Positions 42,429 through 51,627 are shown, counted from the stretch's first letter. The stretch: DNA of 64,000 nt from an uncultured Eubacteriales bacterium (GCA_934373635.1 CAKROZ010000005.1:20356-84355); one strand, 5' to 3'. Translations and numbers: made by a program. The notes: generated by a model not told the origin, from the sequence alone.

Positions 42429-45400
42429 TTAGTTACCCTGTGCGCCGAGATAGGCTTGCGCCGCAAGAATATAGCGATAGAACGCATTCAGGTAGGCGGG
42501 AATCTCGCCCTGACTCTTGGTATATGCCATATAGAGATCAAAGCTATATGTGATCTTGTGACCCTCAAGCTCCACCGTCAGAGCATTTGTATAGTTCGAA
42601 ACATAAATGTCGCCGACGATGATGTAGGGGTCACTTCCTTCGACTGTGGTGACTTTGTAGGACTTCGTTACACCGTTGATCGTTACCTCCACGGTTTCGG
42701 CGGTTGCGTACTTGGTGCTATCGAGGAAGAAGATGAAGCCCGGGGTACTCGCGAGTTTGAGCGATGCGGCCGTGATGTTGCCCTTTTTGAGGTCTTCCGA
42801 TGTTGTCGATTTGTCCCACTTTGTGTCGGAAAGCAGGGCTTTATAGGTATCGAGTCTATCAGTGATTGCCTTGAAGCCGGGATCTGCGACGGTCTTGTTG
42901 CTGAATTCCGCGGACATCTCACGAACGTAATCGAGGATCGCAACAACGAGTTTCTTGCCGCTCTCGGAGCCTTTTTCATCTGCGAGAACCGCCGTTGCAT
43001 ACTTCACGAGAGAGGTCTTCACCGTGTAGGTTGCCGCCGTTTCACCGTTTTTGAGATTCACCTCGAGGGTGAACGCCTCGGAGAGGTCCTTCGGGGAGAT
43101 GTCGTCGATCTTGAAGAGGTAGTAGTCTCCATCACTCAAGGTGACAAGATCTTTGTTTTCGAAAGTGACATTGATCTTTGTTTTCCCATCGGGATGCGTA
43201 TACGTCACGCCATTGATGAAGCCGTCGTTTCTGAAGTAGAGGTTGAAGGTGATGTTTGCGTAGAGGGTGAGGTTGCCCGTAATCTTCGACTCGGTGGTTT
43301 TGAGCGTTGCATCATAAGAAGTAGTGTCACCTGCTACTACAGCCTTCGTTGCTTTCGCATACCAGTAATACGTGTCGAAAGCAGAGTTGCTGTAAACGGG
43401 AGTTTCTCCCTGTTTCCACGTTTCCGACACCTCTTCGGTTCCCACCTTGAAGGTTACCGTACCGGTATTATTCGCATCGGTCGCCGTGTAGTAATACTTG
43501 TCGGTACCGACGGTCACCTCATTGATACGCGCGGAAACAAAAGCATTGCCGTCAAGTGTGACGGTGTTCAGCATGTCGGAGTACGACAAAGAGACTTTAG
43601 AGTAGATCTCGGTATTGTTCATCGCAACGGAACCGTTCTTCTCCGAAACCGAAGTACTCGTCGTGGCAAGCTGTCCGGAGGTCGTATAAATCTTTGAGTT
43701 ATTAACGGTTGCGTCCAGAGTTTTTACTGCGTTAAGCTCGTAGAATAACGGCATTTGCAAGGCAAAGGTACAATCACTCAATTTGACACTACCACCTGCA
43801 TTCTGAAGCTGAAAAACGCCGGCGGTGCGCGCTTTTTCGTTGATATAATCGACCTTTGCGACATCCGCGGTGTTAGAAGCGGCACCATTCATTTTGACAA
43901 AAATGTTTCCGGTTACCTTCAGTCTTTCCGTGGTCACCGCGGAATCCGATGCTTGACCGACATACAATTTACCATTGCCCACGACAAAGAGGACTCCGCC
44001 TTGCGAGTCGGAAATCTGTGCCCCTTGTGCGGTAGAATAGACATAAAGAGCTAAATTTTCTGCACTTGTGCGAATGATACCGTTATTCAGCTGCGCTGTC
44101 GTCGTAAGGCTATGTCCGTTCAAATCAAGATCCACCGTGACAGCAGTACGAATAACTACTCCAGTTTTTACTTCATAGTCCCGGTACAATTTGATTTTCG
44201 TTGCAACTTTCACGCCTTCGAGAGCGGTTTTGAGTTTATTAAAGTCGGTATCGGTATAGATTGTCTTACCGCCGTCCGTCACTACTTCAAACGCCTTGGC
44301 AACCTTTTCATACTCGGGTGTAGCATCAAGCGTTTGACCCGCCGACGACTCGGGAAGTGCGCCGGTGATACCCGGAATGTTCCACTTTCCACTCGGCTTG
44401 AGTACATAATCCCCCTCTTCCTGTTCGGAAAAGGCATGTTCATACTTCGGCGTGCTCCCTACTGCCCATTTTTGGGTAGCAAGCGTACTATCACCATCTT
44501 TAAAATTGATGGTTGCATATTGATTCACCACGCCGTATTTGAGCGTCTCGACTTCGTCAATGTGCGCGTAACTATATCCTTCCGCGAGGGAAAGTCCGTT
44601 TTGCTCTTCGCACAAGCGCACCCCTTCGGAAAGCGTAACAGGGAAAAGTTCTGCATTACACGTCAGCGCCTTCGACGAGACAAGATCCGTACCGGTCATT
44701 GTGACGGTTCCGACCTTATTCGTCACCGAACCATCCGCCGCAGTAATCGGCGTATCCCCCGTTGCCGTTGCATTAATCGAAGACGCAGCTATCGTCGCGC
44801 TGAAGTTTGTTGCACTTGTATTGTATGCATAGAACAGCGGGAACTGCGAGGTGCCGAGGTTCAAGGTGCAATTTGTCATATTGACGGCGGCACTTGAACC
44901 GCGAAGGTCAAAAGCGCCGTTTCTGCGGGCATACTTTGCGTTGTATGTAATCTGTTTCAAATTCACCTTTGCTTCGCTACCATTGATCTTTGCGATGGTC
45001 GCAGCCTCAATCGTCAGCGGAAAAACCGTCGTTCCCGCGTCCGGCGCGTATCCGACATGCAGCTCAGCACCAGCACCAGCCGCGGTGAAAATGGGGGTAT
45101 TAATACCGGATGCCGTCAAAAGCGAAGCACCGGCTTTGGTAGAATAGACATACAGCTTCTGCGTCGTGTAAAAAACGGCGTTATCCAAACTAACCGCTTC
45201 CGTAAGGCTATGTCCGTTCAAATCGAGCTCTACTATGGCGTCCTGATACGTAATCTTCGCGAATGCACTCTTTGTTTCACCAAAGGCAGCCAAGGCTTCG
45301 CACGAATAGTTCTGATACAATTTGATTTTCGTTCTCCCGGCTTTCGCGTTCGCGAGAGTGTCGGAAAGCTTTTCAGGCGAGCCATCTGCGATATATTCGG

Positions 45401-45536
45401 GGGCGGCGTCGCCTACGGTCATCTCAAAACCCGTCGTGTGTTCTGTCTCATCCGCCGCCGACGCCGACACAAAAAGAATGCCGCACAGCAAGGCGAGGGT
45501 CAAAAACAGGATGAGGATTTTGCTTTTTGTTTTCAT
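42429..45536 (-). CDS. Large secreted repeat protein (1035 aa), function unknown, possibly beta-helix/adhesin-like
   Basis: Signal peptide MKTKSKILILFLTLALLCGILFVSASA. Internal duplication around KIKLY..Y....DLNGHSLT...LYVYST. No LPXTG or other anchor seen. AT-richer than its flanks. Confidence 0.72.
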   Translation of the reverse strand: MKTKSKILILFLTLALLCGILFVSASAADETEHTTGFEMTVGDAAPEYIADGSPEKLSDTLANAKAGRTKIKLYQNYSCEALAAFGETKSAFAKITYQDAIVELDLNGHSLTEAVSLDNAVFYTTQKLYVYSTKAGASLLTASGINTPIFTAAGAGAELHVGYAPDAGTTVFPLTIEAATIAKINGSEAKVNLKQITYNAKYARRNGAFDLRGSSAAVNMTNCTLNLGTSQFPLFYAYNTSATNFSATIAASSINATATGDTPITAADGSVTNKVGTVTMTGTDLVSSKALTCNAELFPVTLSEGVRLCEEQNGLSLAEGYSYAHIDEVETLKYGVVNQYATINFKDGDSTLATQKWAVGSTPKYEHAFSEQEEGDYVLKPSGKWNIPGITGALPESSAGQTLDATPEYEKVAKAFEVVTDGGKTIYTDTDFNKLKTALEGVKVATKIKLYRDYEVKTGVVIRTAVTVDLDLNGHSLTTTAQLNNGIIRTSAENLALYVYSTAQGAQISDSQGGVLFVVGNGKLYVGQASDSAVTTERLKVTGNIFVKMNGAASNTADVAKVDYINEKARTAGVFQLQNAGGSVKLSDCTFALQMPLFYELNAVKTLDATVNNSKIYTTSGQLATTSTSVSEKNGSVAMNNTEIYSKVSLSYSDMLNTVTLDGNAFVSARINEVTVGTDKYYYTATDANNTGTVTFKVGTEEVSETWKQGETPVYSNSAFDTYYWYAKATKAVVAGDTTSYDATLKTTESKITGNLTLYANITFNLYFRNDGFINGVTYTHPDGKTKINVTFENKDLVTLSDGDYYLFKIDDISPKDLSEAFTLEVNLKNGETAATYTVKTSLVKYATAVLADEKGSESGKKLVVAILDYVREMSAEFSNKTVADPGFKAITDRLDTYKALLSDTKWDKSTTSEDLKKGNITAASLKLASTPGFIFFLDSTKYATAETVEVTINGVTKSYKVTTVEGSDPYIIVGDIYVSNYTNALTVELEGHKITYSFDLYMAYTKSQGEIPAYLNAFYRYILAAQAYLGAQGN

Positions 45537-45734
45537 AATTATCTCCTTTTATGCTTTTTTATTTTTGCAAGATTTTGAATTGCTCCGGAGGTTTGCACAG
45601 GCGCGGAAGTTTTACTTCCCGATTCTCCTCCTGCAGAATTCGCCGATGCAAAACGCCCCTCATCGAGGCTTTCTCCCCCGAGGCGTCAATGTGTGGGGAA
45701 GATGATAGCATTATGATGGGGCTTCTCTGTAATT

Positions 45735-45763
45735 ATTATACTATAGATAAGCAATGATGTCAA
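45735..45763 (-). promoter_or_regulatory. Promoter of the secreted-protein gene
   Basis: The minus strand reads TTGACA-17 nt-TATAAT. This implies a ~190-nt 5' leader. Confidence 0.55.
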
Positions 45764-45948
45764 GTGGCAAGTTAGACAAAATTCAGCACTTTAATTTGTT
45801 TGTTTTGCCGATTTCCCTTGAGAAGTCGCTCTTTTGAGTTGTAAACTTTTCAAGATGCGGGCGCTTCGCGTTGACAACGGGGCGGGGATGTGGTATACTT
45901 CCCAAGAAGAAGTTCCTTTTCAAGGACCTACGAAAGGACAGGCTTTCT

Positions 45949-46656
45949 ATGGAAGATATGGAGCGCTACGGCGACTATAACGAGTTCGAAGACGATATAC
46001 CGAAGAAGCGGCGGGGCGGATTTTTGCGGGTACTACAGATCCTTGTGGCGCTCGTTTGCCTTGCGACGGCGGGGGTCATCGGGTATCGGTTATATTTATT
46101 TGATTACTACCCTGCGTCGATCAAGCAATTGGTGTTCACCGAGCGGCTCACCGAGCTTTATCACGAGGTCGGGAGCGATGGGCTCGGTGTCAGGACGCAG
46201 AAGCTGCGATTCCCTTACGACGACAACGACAAGGGGAATTTCTTCTGCGATCATCTTTACGTAATCTCCGCGGCGGGTGAGCTTCAGATCTCGGTGCGGT
46301 ACAACGAATCGGCGCTTGCCGACGTGGCGGCACGCTACGGGTTCGAGGCACTGTCCCCTTCGGACGATCTTTTCACCTTCCGCATCACCGACAATGTGGG
46401 GCGGGACTACGGTGCGCCCGTATATGTTGCCTGTGACTCTTACGCGATGTATCATTATTACAAGCTCGTCTTCGACGGCATTGAGTTCGACACGCCCTCC
46501 GACGGCGGCGAGGCGCCCGCGTGGATTCGTCTCGAGATCTTCGTCAAGGGGGCAGCGGAGGAAGGCGCTTATTCCTATGTGGCGATCTATGAAAATAATG
46601 AAGACTACGCGAAATTCTCGGAATACAAGCCGAGCCGAAAGGAGCTTCCCTCATGA
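45949..46656 (+). CDS. Membrane-anchored hypothetical protein
   Basis: Trimmed to ATG 45949. TTGACA-17-TATACT promoter at 45870-45898. One TM segment (VLQILVALVCLATAGVIGY). Confidence 0.55.
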   Translation: MEDMERYGDYNEFEDDIPKKRRGGFLRVLQILVALVCLATAGVIGYRLYLFDYYPASIKQLVFTERLTELYHEVGSDGLGVRTQKLRFPYDDNDKGNFFCDHLYVISAAGELQISVRYNESALADVAARYGFEALSPSDDLFTFRITDNVGRDYGAPVYVACDSYAMYHYYKLVFDGIEFDTPSDGGEAPAWIRLEIFVKGAAEEGAYSYVAIYENNEDYAKFSEYKPSRKELPS

Positions 46657-47198
46657 TTCGTGATCTTACCGTGCGGGTCAAGCCGCAAAACAAGTGTGCG
46701 CACACGTTGTGCATCGTTTTTCTCGCTCTTGCGGCGGCGGGATTCATCGCTTCGTTTTCCGTGCCTTTGTACCGCGGGATCATTCAGCTTTTTGCCGCGA
46801 TCCTTATCGTGGCGGCGCTGACGGTCTATGCGCGCTATATCGGAGCGAAATATTCTTACGAGATCTTCACCGACGGCGGGGAGGGCGAGCCCCTCTTCAT
46901 CGTGCGGCAGGAGACGGGAAAGCGCATCAGTATTCTTTGCCGTGTCGCGCTCGCGGGGATGTCGGAAATCGTCCCCCTCTCCATGAAGGAGGCAAAAGAA
47001 AAAGCGAAGAGCTCGGGGGCTCATCGCTATCTTTACACGCAGACGCTCTTCCCTGCCCGCGTGTATTATGTCAAGGTACGCACGCGACACGAGAAAGCCG
47101 ATCTGATCCTTGAGGGGTCGGAGGAGTTTTTTGAGATGTTGAAGCTTGCGGCGGGGGAGGCGGCGATGCTTTATCCGCCGTTTGCGGAGGAAGAATGA
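46653..47198 (+). CDS. Two-TM membrane protein (bacterial PH-like architecture, tentative)
   Basis: ATGA overlap with the upstream gene. Two TM helices followed by a soluble domain (YSYEIFTDG...LFIVRQETGKRISI). Confidence 0.5.
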   Translation: MIRDLTVRVKPQNKCAHTLCIVFLALAAAGFIASFSVPLYRGIIQLFAAILIVAALTVYARYIGAKYSYEIFTDGGEGEPLFIVRQETGKRISILCRVALAGMSEIVPLSMKEAKEKAKSSGAHRYLYTQTLFPARVYYVKVRTRHEKADLILEGSEEFFEMLKLAAGEAAMLYPPFAEEE

Positions 47199-47234
47199 GA
47201 TAATTATGAATTATGAATTATGAATTATGAATTT
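47199..47234 (+). repeat. AT-rich heptamer array, site 5
   Basis: GATAATTAT GAATTAT GAATTAT GAATTAT GAATTT. Starts at the base after stop codon TGA 47196-47198. Confidence 0.85.
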
Positions 47235-47309
47235 GGTGCTAAGCGGGCGACCGTCTTGTAAATATTATGAAAAAATTTGAATTCCGAACATGAGGTGAAG
47301 ACAATTAGA

Positions 47310-47666
47310 ATGGACAATCTGATTCTTGATAAAAGCAAGGCGTTTGCAGTGCGTATCGTAAACCCCTATCGACATTTGGTTGCAGAAAAGCACGAATTCA
47401 CCTTGGCAAAACAAATACTGAAAAGCGGCACGAGCGTTGGTGCAAATTGCAGAGAAGCAATCAGGGCGCAAAGTACAGCGGATTTCATATCGAAAATGAA
47501 TATCGCCTTAAAGGAAGCCGACGAGACGGCATACTGGCTCGAATTGCTCCGCGAGACCGATTACCTGACGCAGGAACAATACGAAAGTATTTATGCCGAT
47601 TGTCAGGCGCTCATCAAATTGCTTTTCAGTATTGTAAAAACGACAAAAATTAAAGTGCAGAATTGA
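47310..47666 (+). CDS. Four-helix-bundle protein (23S rRNA intervening-sequence protein / Avd-like family)
   Basis: Trimmed to ATG 47310. AKQILKSGTSVGANCREA...SKMNIALKEADETAYWLELL is the family signature. Confidence 0.8.
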   Translation: MDNLILDKSKAFAVRIVNPYRHLVAEKHEFTLAKQILKSGTSVGANCREAIRAQSTADFISKMNIALKEADETAYWLELLRETDYLTQEQYESIYADCQALIKLLFSIVKTTKIKVQN

Positions 47667-47807
47667 TTCAAACCGCCGCATCACCATTACCGGTGGTAAT
47701 GTGATGACTTCATTACTGCTTCACTCCCATCAGTGAAAACGCGATAGCTCCGACTCATTCTGATTTTAGAAAAAAGTATGATACAAAAAGAGCACCGCAT
47801 GAAGTAA

Positions 47808-47850
47808 GATCATTCATAATTCATAATTCATCATTCATAATTCTTAATTA
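47808..47850 (-). repeat. AT-rich heptamer array, site 6 (inverted relative to site 5)
   Basis: The minus strand reads TAATTAA GAATTAT GAATGAT GAATTAT GAATTAT GAATGATC. It contains the stop codon (47844-47846) of the next gene. Confidence 0.85.
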
Positions 47851-48377
47851 AAATAGCTTTTTGGGGTGAATTTTTTTATTAGGGTGCGGAGGCGCGGGGT
47901 GGTGTCGAAGAGGACGGCGGCGCTTTTGCCGTTTTCCGCGAAGCGGAGGAGGACGGTGGAGTCTGCGGTTTTTGACGAGGAATAGTCGTAGAAACGTCCC
48001 TCCGTGTCGGCGCGCTCCTCGCGCGGGGTCCTGCCGTCGTAGGCGCCTTCGGCGTCCTGCGTGCGCAGGGTGAGCATCGGTCGAATCCCCTTCTTCGGCT
48101 TTCTGCCCGACCGGCAGTAGAAGGTGAGCGTCCCGCTCTCAAAGGTGACGTAAATATCGTAGGAGACGCAGCGCCACGTGAAGCAGACGAGGATCCACAG
48201 AAGAAGCGGGGCAACGGCGAAAAACGGAACGAGGCGGGAGAGATAGCAAACGAGGAAAAATCCGGCGAAAAAGGTGACATAGAGAAGAACCAAGAGGACG
48301 GCGTGAAAAAGAAGCCTGCCCTCTTTTTTCTTTGTGTAGGAATAGTCGGCGTGATTCAGTGCTTCGGCATCGAACAT
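47844..48377 (-). CDS. Two-TM membrane protein (bacterial PH-like architecture, tentative)
   Basis: 177 aa. Two TM helices followed by YDIYVTFESGTLTFY.... Confidence 0.5.
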   Translation of the reverse strand: MFDAEALNHADYSYTKKKEGRLLFHAVLLVLLYVTFFAGFFLVCYLSRLVPFFAVAPLLLWILVCFTWRCVSYDIYVTFESGTLTFYCRSGRKPKKGIRPMLTLRTQDAEGAYDGRTPREERADTEGRFYDYSSSKTADSTVLLRFAENGKSAAVLFDTTPRLRTLIKKFTPKSYFN

Positions 48378-48399
48378 GGCGATCTTTTCTCTCGTGATG

Positions 48400-50394
48400 T
48401 CAATCTTTGTTTGTATTTTCTTCGTTTTCTTCCGATGTTTCGGCTGTCGGCTCTTCGGTCGAGCCGTCCGACGTGGCTTCGCTTGACTTCTCTACCATCT
48501 GCATTTCCTCCGACTTCTCCGCCTCGGCATTGACCTCCTCGGGGGAGCGGTAGGTGGGAACGACGCGCTTCATCGCGGCGACGACCGACTTCGCCTCGAT
48601 CTCACCCTCGGCGGCGGCAACCGCCGCCTTCAGGATCGCGATCTTCTCTTCGATTTCGGCTCTGGTATAGGGGGTATCGCGCTCGACGAAAATCATGCGG
48701 TTCTCGGTCTTGGTGAGAGTCTCTGTTTTCATGAGAAGCTCTTCATAGAGCTTTTCGCCCGGGCGGAGTCCCGTTTCGACGATATCGATGTCCTGATAGG
48801 GGATCAGCCCCGAGAGGCGGATCATGTTCTCGGCAAGCTCGATGATTTTCACGGGTTTGCCCATATCGAGGACGAACAGCTCACCCTTCTTCGCCATGGC
48901 GCCCGCCTGCATCACGAGTCCCGACGCCTCGGGGATCGTCATGAAATAACGGATGATGCGTTTATCCGTCACGGTGACGGGTCCGCCCGCCTCGATCTGC
49001 CTGCGGAAAAGAGGAATGACCGAGCCGTTGCTGCCGAGGACGTTTCCGAATCTTACGGCGGCGAAGGCGGTCTCACTGTCGGTGCGGCACTGGATGATCA
49101 TCTCGCACATGCGCTTGGACGCGCCCATCACGTTGGTCGGGTTGACCGCCTTATCGGTGGAGATGAGGATGAATTTCTTGACGCCGTACTTCTCCGCCAT
49201 ATCGGCGGTATTGTAAGTACCGAGGCAATTGTTCTTGATCGCCTCCTGATTGCTGTGCTCCATCAGGGGGACGTGCTTATGTGCCGCGGCGTGGAAGACG
49301 ATCTCGGGGCGGTAGAAGGCGAACACCGCGTCAAGGCGGTTGCGGTCCCTGACCGAGCCGATCTCGACCGCGAGGTCGAGGGAGGCGCCGTACTTGCGGG
49401 TCAGCTCCTGCTGAATGTCGTAGGCGTTGTTCTCGTAAATATCGAAGATGATGAGTTTTTTCGGTGCGAGCTTCGCGATCTGACGGCAGAGCTCACTGCC
49501 GATCGAACCGCCGCCGCCCGTGACGAGGACGGTCTTCCCCGTATAGAAGGCGCGGTTGGCTTCGTCATTGACGTTCAGGGAATCGCGGAAAAGAAGGTCC
49601 TCGATCTTGATCTCTCGAAGGACGCGGCGACCGCCCTCCTCACGGCGGGCATCGCCCTCCTTGAAGGGAACGTCATAGAGCTTGATCTTACAGCCCGTGG
49701 GCGCGTAAAACTCGTGGATCCTCTGCGCGGTGGCGCTGTCGATCGAAGGGAGGGCAACGAAGATCTCGGCAACGGGCAGTGTCTTCAACAATGCGAGGGT
49801 GTGGCGCGACTCGGCATAGACGCGGACGCCCGAGACGAGGCCGCCGACCTTATCGACATTCTTATCAATGAAGCAAACGGGATAGTAGTGGGAATTCGGA
49901 TTATAGATCAGCTCCTCGGCGAGCATGGCGCCGACCTGCCCCGCGCCGATGATGGCGACGCCGATCTTATTCATCTCGAGGGTCGCGGTATTCGCGTGGC
50001 GATAATACTGCTGATAGACGAAGCGGGAGGCGAGCGTCACCATATCGAGTGCGGCGATGACGGACGCGCTCGGCCAAAAGCCGAGGTAGGCAAAGGGGAT
50101 CATCGAGGAGATCAGCAGTGCGACCGCGCCGCCGAAGAAATCGGCGCCCATCAGGGCGAGATAGCTCCGCGAGTTCGCATACCGCCACACGTCGGCATAG
50201 ACCGCGAAGATCACGCGCGCGCCGAAGATACAGACGGCAAAAAGCAGGACGCTGATCGCATAGCCGCCCGCCTCCAAAATGGCACCGCCCGCGGTGACGG
50301 AGGACAAAATGTTGGCGATTACGTAAACAACGATGTACATCAAGAGGTCAATTGCCGCAAGAAGCTGTTTCCGTTTATTCTTAATCAGATTCAT
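48400..50394 (-). CDS. Membrane-bound nucleotide-sugar 4,6-dehydratase (CapD/PglF/WbpM-like)
   Basis: N-terminal TM helices, two Rossmann regions (VAIIGAGQVG and VLVTGGGGSIGSEL), and an acidic C-terminal tail. Confidence 0.88.
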   Translation of the reverse strand: MNLIKNKRKQLLAAIDLLMYIVVYVIANILSSVTAGGAILEAGGYAISVLLFAVCIFGARVIFAVYADVWRYANSRSYLALMGADFFGGAVALLISSMIPFAYLGFWPSASVIAALDMVTLASRFVYQQYYRHANTATLEMNKIGVAIIGAGQVGAMLAEELIYNPNSHYYPVCFIDKNVDKVGGLVSGVRVYAESRHTLALLKTLPVAEIFVALPSIDSATAQRIHEFYAPTGCKIKLYDVPFKEGDARREEGGRRVLREIKIEDLLFRDSLNVNDEANRAFYTGKTVLVTGGGGSIGSELCRQIAKLAPKKLIIFDIYENNAYDIQQELTRKYGASLDLAVEIGSVRDRNRLDAVFAFYRPEIVFHAAAHKHVPLMEHSNQEAIKNNCLGTYNTADMAEKYGVKKFILISTDKAVNPTNVMGASKRMCEMIIQCRTDSETAFAAVRFGNVLGSNGSVIPLFRRQIEAGGPVTVTDKRIIRYFMTIPEASGLVMQAGAMAKKGELFVLDMGKPVKIIELAENMIRLSGLIPYQDIDIVETGLRPGEKLYEELLMKTETLTKTENRMIFVERDTPYTRAEIEEKIAILKAAVAAAEGEIEAKSVVAAMKRVVPTYRSPEEVNAEAEKSEEMQMVEKSSEATSDGSTEEPTAETSEENEENTNKD

Positions 50395-50422
50395 AATTCA
50401 TTTGCCTTTCGATGATAATTTG

Positions 50423-50923
50423 TCAATAGCCGCGAACGACTTCGCCGGCGTCGAGCTTGACCTTCTCGGGGACATGACTCCCCGCCTTACAGATGGCGCC
50501 CGCGTTGATATGTGCGCCGTCACCGACCGTCGCGTTGTGGTCGACGATGGCGCCGACCGAGACGATCACGCCGATGCCGAGAGTCGCCTCACGATTGACG
50601 ATCGCCATCGGCTCGATCACGGTGCCGTCGCCGACCTTGGCATCGGGGGAGACGTAGGCGCGGGGAGAGATGAGCGGCGGCGTTTTGTAACCCGCCGCGC
50701 GGAGCTTCAAAAGCAGCTCGAGACGGAGCGCGTTATTGCCGATGCCGACGGCGGCGACATCAAAATCGGAGCGAAAGCGCGCGTATTCCGAGAGGGGTGC
50801 GAGTGCACCTTCCGCGGCATCGTCGAGAAAGGCAACGCGGTCAAACGCGCCCGTCGAGCGGGCAACGTCGGCAACGACGCGGCCGTGACCGCCCGCGCCG
50901 AGGATCAAAAGGGATGCACCCAC
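50423..50923 (-). CDS. NeuD/PglD-family hexapeptide sugar N/O-acetyltransferase
   Basis: LLILGAGGHGRVVADV followed by left-handed beta-helix repeats. A GTG start at 50923 (AGGTGA RBS) is preferred over the ORF-track start at 50971. Confidence 0.72.
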   Translation of the reverse strand: MGASLLILGAGGHGRVVADVARSTGAFDRVAFLDDAAEGALAPLSEYARFRSDFDVAAVGIGNNALRLELLLKLRAAGYKTPPLISPRAYVSPDAKVGDGTVIEPMAIVNREATLGIGVIVSVGAIVDHNATVGDGAHINAGAICKAGSHVPEKVKLDAGEVVRGY

Positions 50924-51066
50924 AAAAGTCACCTGTACTTTCCGGTAGATATTCCCGTTTCTTCTAAACACTACCTATATTTATATACATTATACACGCG
51001 CGCGAGGGTTTTGTCAAGGTAAATTTGTATTTTGCGCGCGATTTCGGGCGAATTGACGCGTTTTCT

Positions 51067-51627
51067 TTATTTTTCGAGGACTCCTGCCGCCGCTTTCCGC
51101 TCTCTGACGGTCATGTCGATCAGGGCGGCGAGGTCGATCGCGAAGATCGCGAGGTTCGACAGGGCGGTGACGATATCGAGGATATAGAAGGAATAGACGA
51201 TCCACAAAAGGACATTGACAAGGATGCTGTATTTGACGCCGCGCAGGCTCTTTGCCGCGTAGGAGGCGATCGTCAGCTGAACGCCCGCGATCACGGGGAG
51301 AAAGTTCAGAAAGAGGCGGGGATCGGCGAGGGCGCCCATGACGGCGGGGAGATCGGCGAGCACGCCGCAGATCAGCGTCAGGGAGGAAAAGAGCACCGCC
51401 TCCCACCGTCCGAAGCGCCCGAAGGCGACGAGCAGATTCCGCCCCGCGGCGACAAGGAGGGCGACGGCGCCCGCGGGCATATGAAAGACGAGCTGTGCCA
51501 TGGCGAGAAGCAGGGATTCGGCAAACAGGCAGAGATAGACCGTGCGTTTTTCCTTTGCGAGGCAGGAGGCGCCGAGAAAGACCGCGCCGCCGAGAGAGAT
51601 GAGGTTTCCGAGAAGGAGTCGCAGCAT
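51067..51627 (-). CDS. YgjV-like inner membrane protein
   Basis: Only the last 186 aa of ORF 51067..52839 look coding (hydrophobic, from ATG 51627). The upstream part is an antisense shadow of the MATE gene. Confidence 0.55.
   Translation of the reverse strand: MLRLLLGNLISLGGAVFLGASCLAKEKRTVYLCLFAESLLLAMAQLVFHMPAGAVALLVAAGRNLLVAFGRFGRWEAVLFSSLTLICGVLADLPAVMGALADPRLFLNFLPVIAGVQLTIASYAAKSLRGVKYSILVNVLLWIVYSFYILDIVTALSNLAIFAIDLAALIDMTVRERKAAAGVLEK

Noticed and set aside
41806-42430. T-box riboswitch upstream of aspS
   Set aside because: I looked on the minus strand for the conserved T-box sequence (…GGTGGTACCGCG…) and a specifier/terminator arrangement and found none. The leader is made of the shared repeat modules instead. 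A covariance-model scan would be decisive.
40438-43697. Plus-strand ORFs 40438..41880 (480 aa) and 42150..43697 (515 aa)
   Set aside because: They are antisense to aspS and to the large secreted-protein gene, with no RBS or motifs. They are shadow ORFs.
45537-45730. Cyclic-di-GMP (or other known) riboswitch in the leader of the secreted-protein gene
   Set aside because: A few short matches (GCAAACC, GAAAGCCTCG) are not arranged like the GEMM consensus as I remember it. The region is kept only as an unexplained structured leader.
47310-47666. Diversity-generating retroelement (DGR) around the Avd-family four-helix protein
   Set aside because: I could find no reverse-transcriptase ORF, no template/variable repeat pair and no C-type-lectin-fold target gene anywhere in the window.
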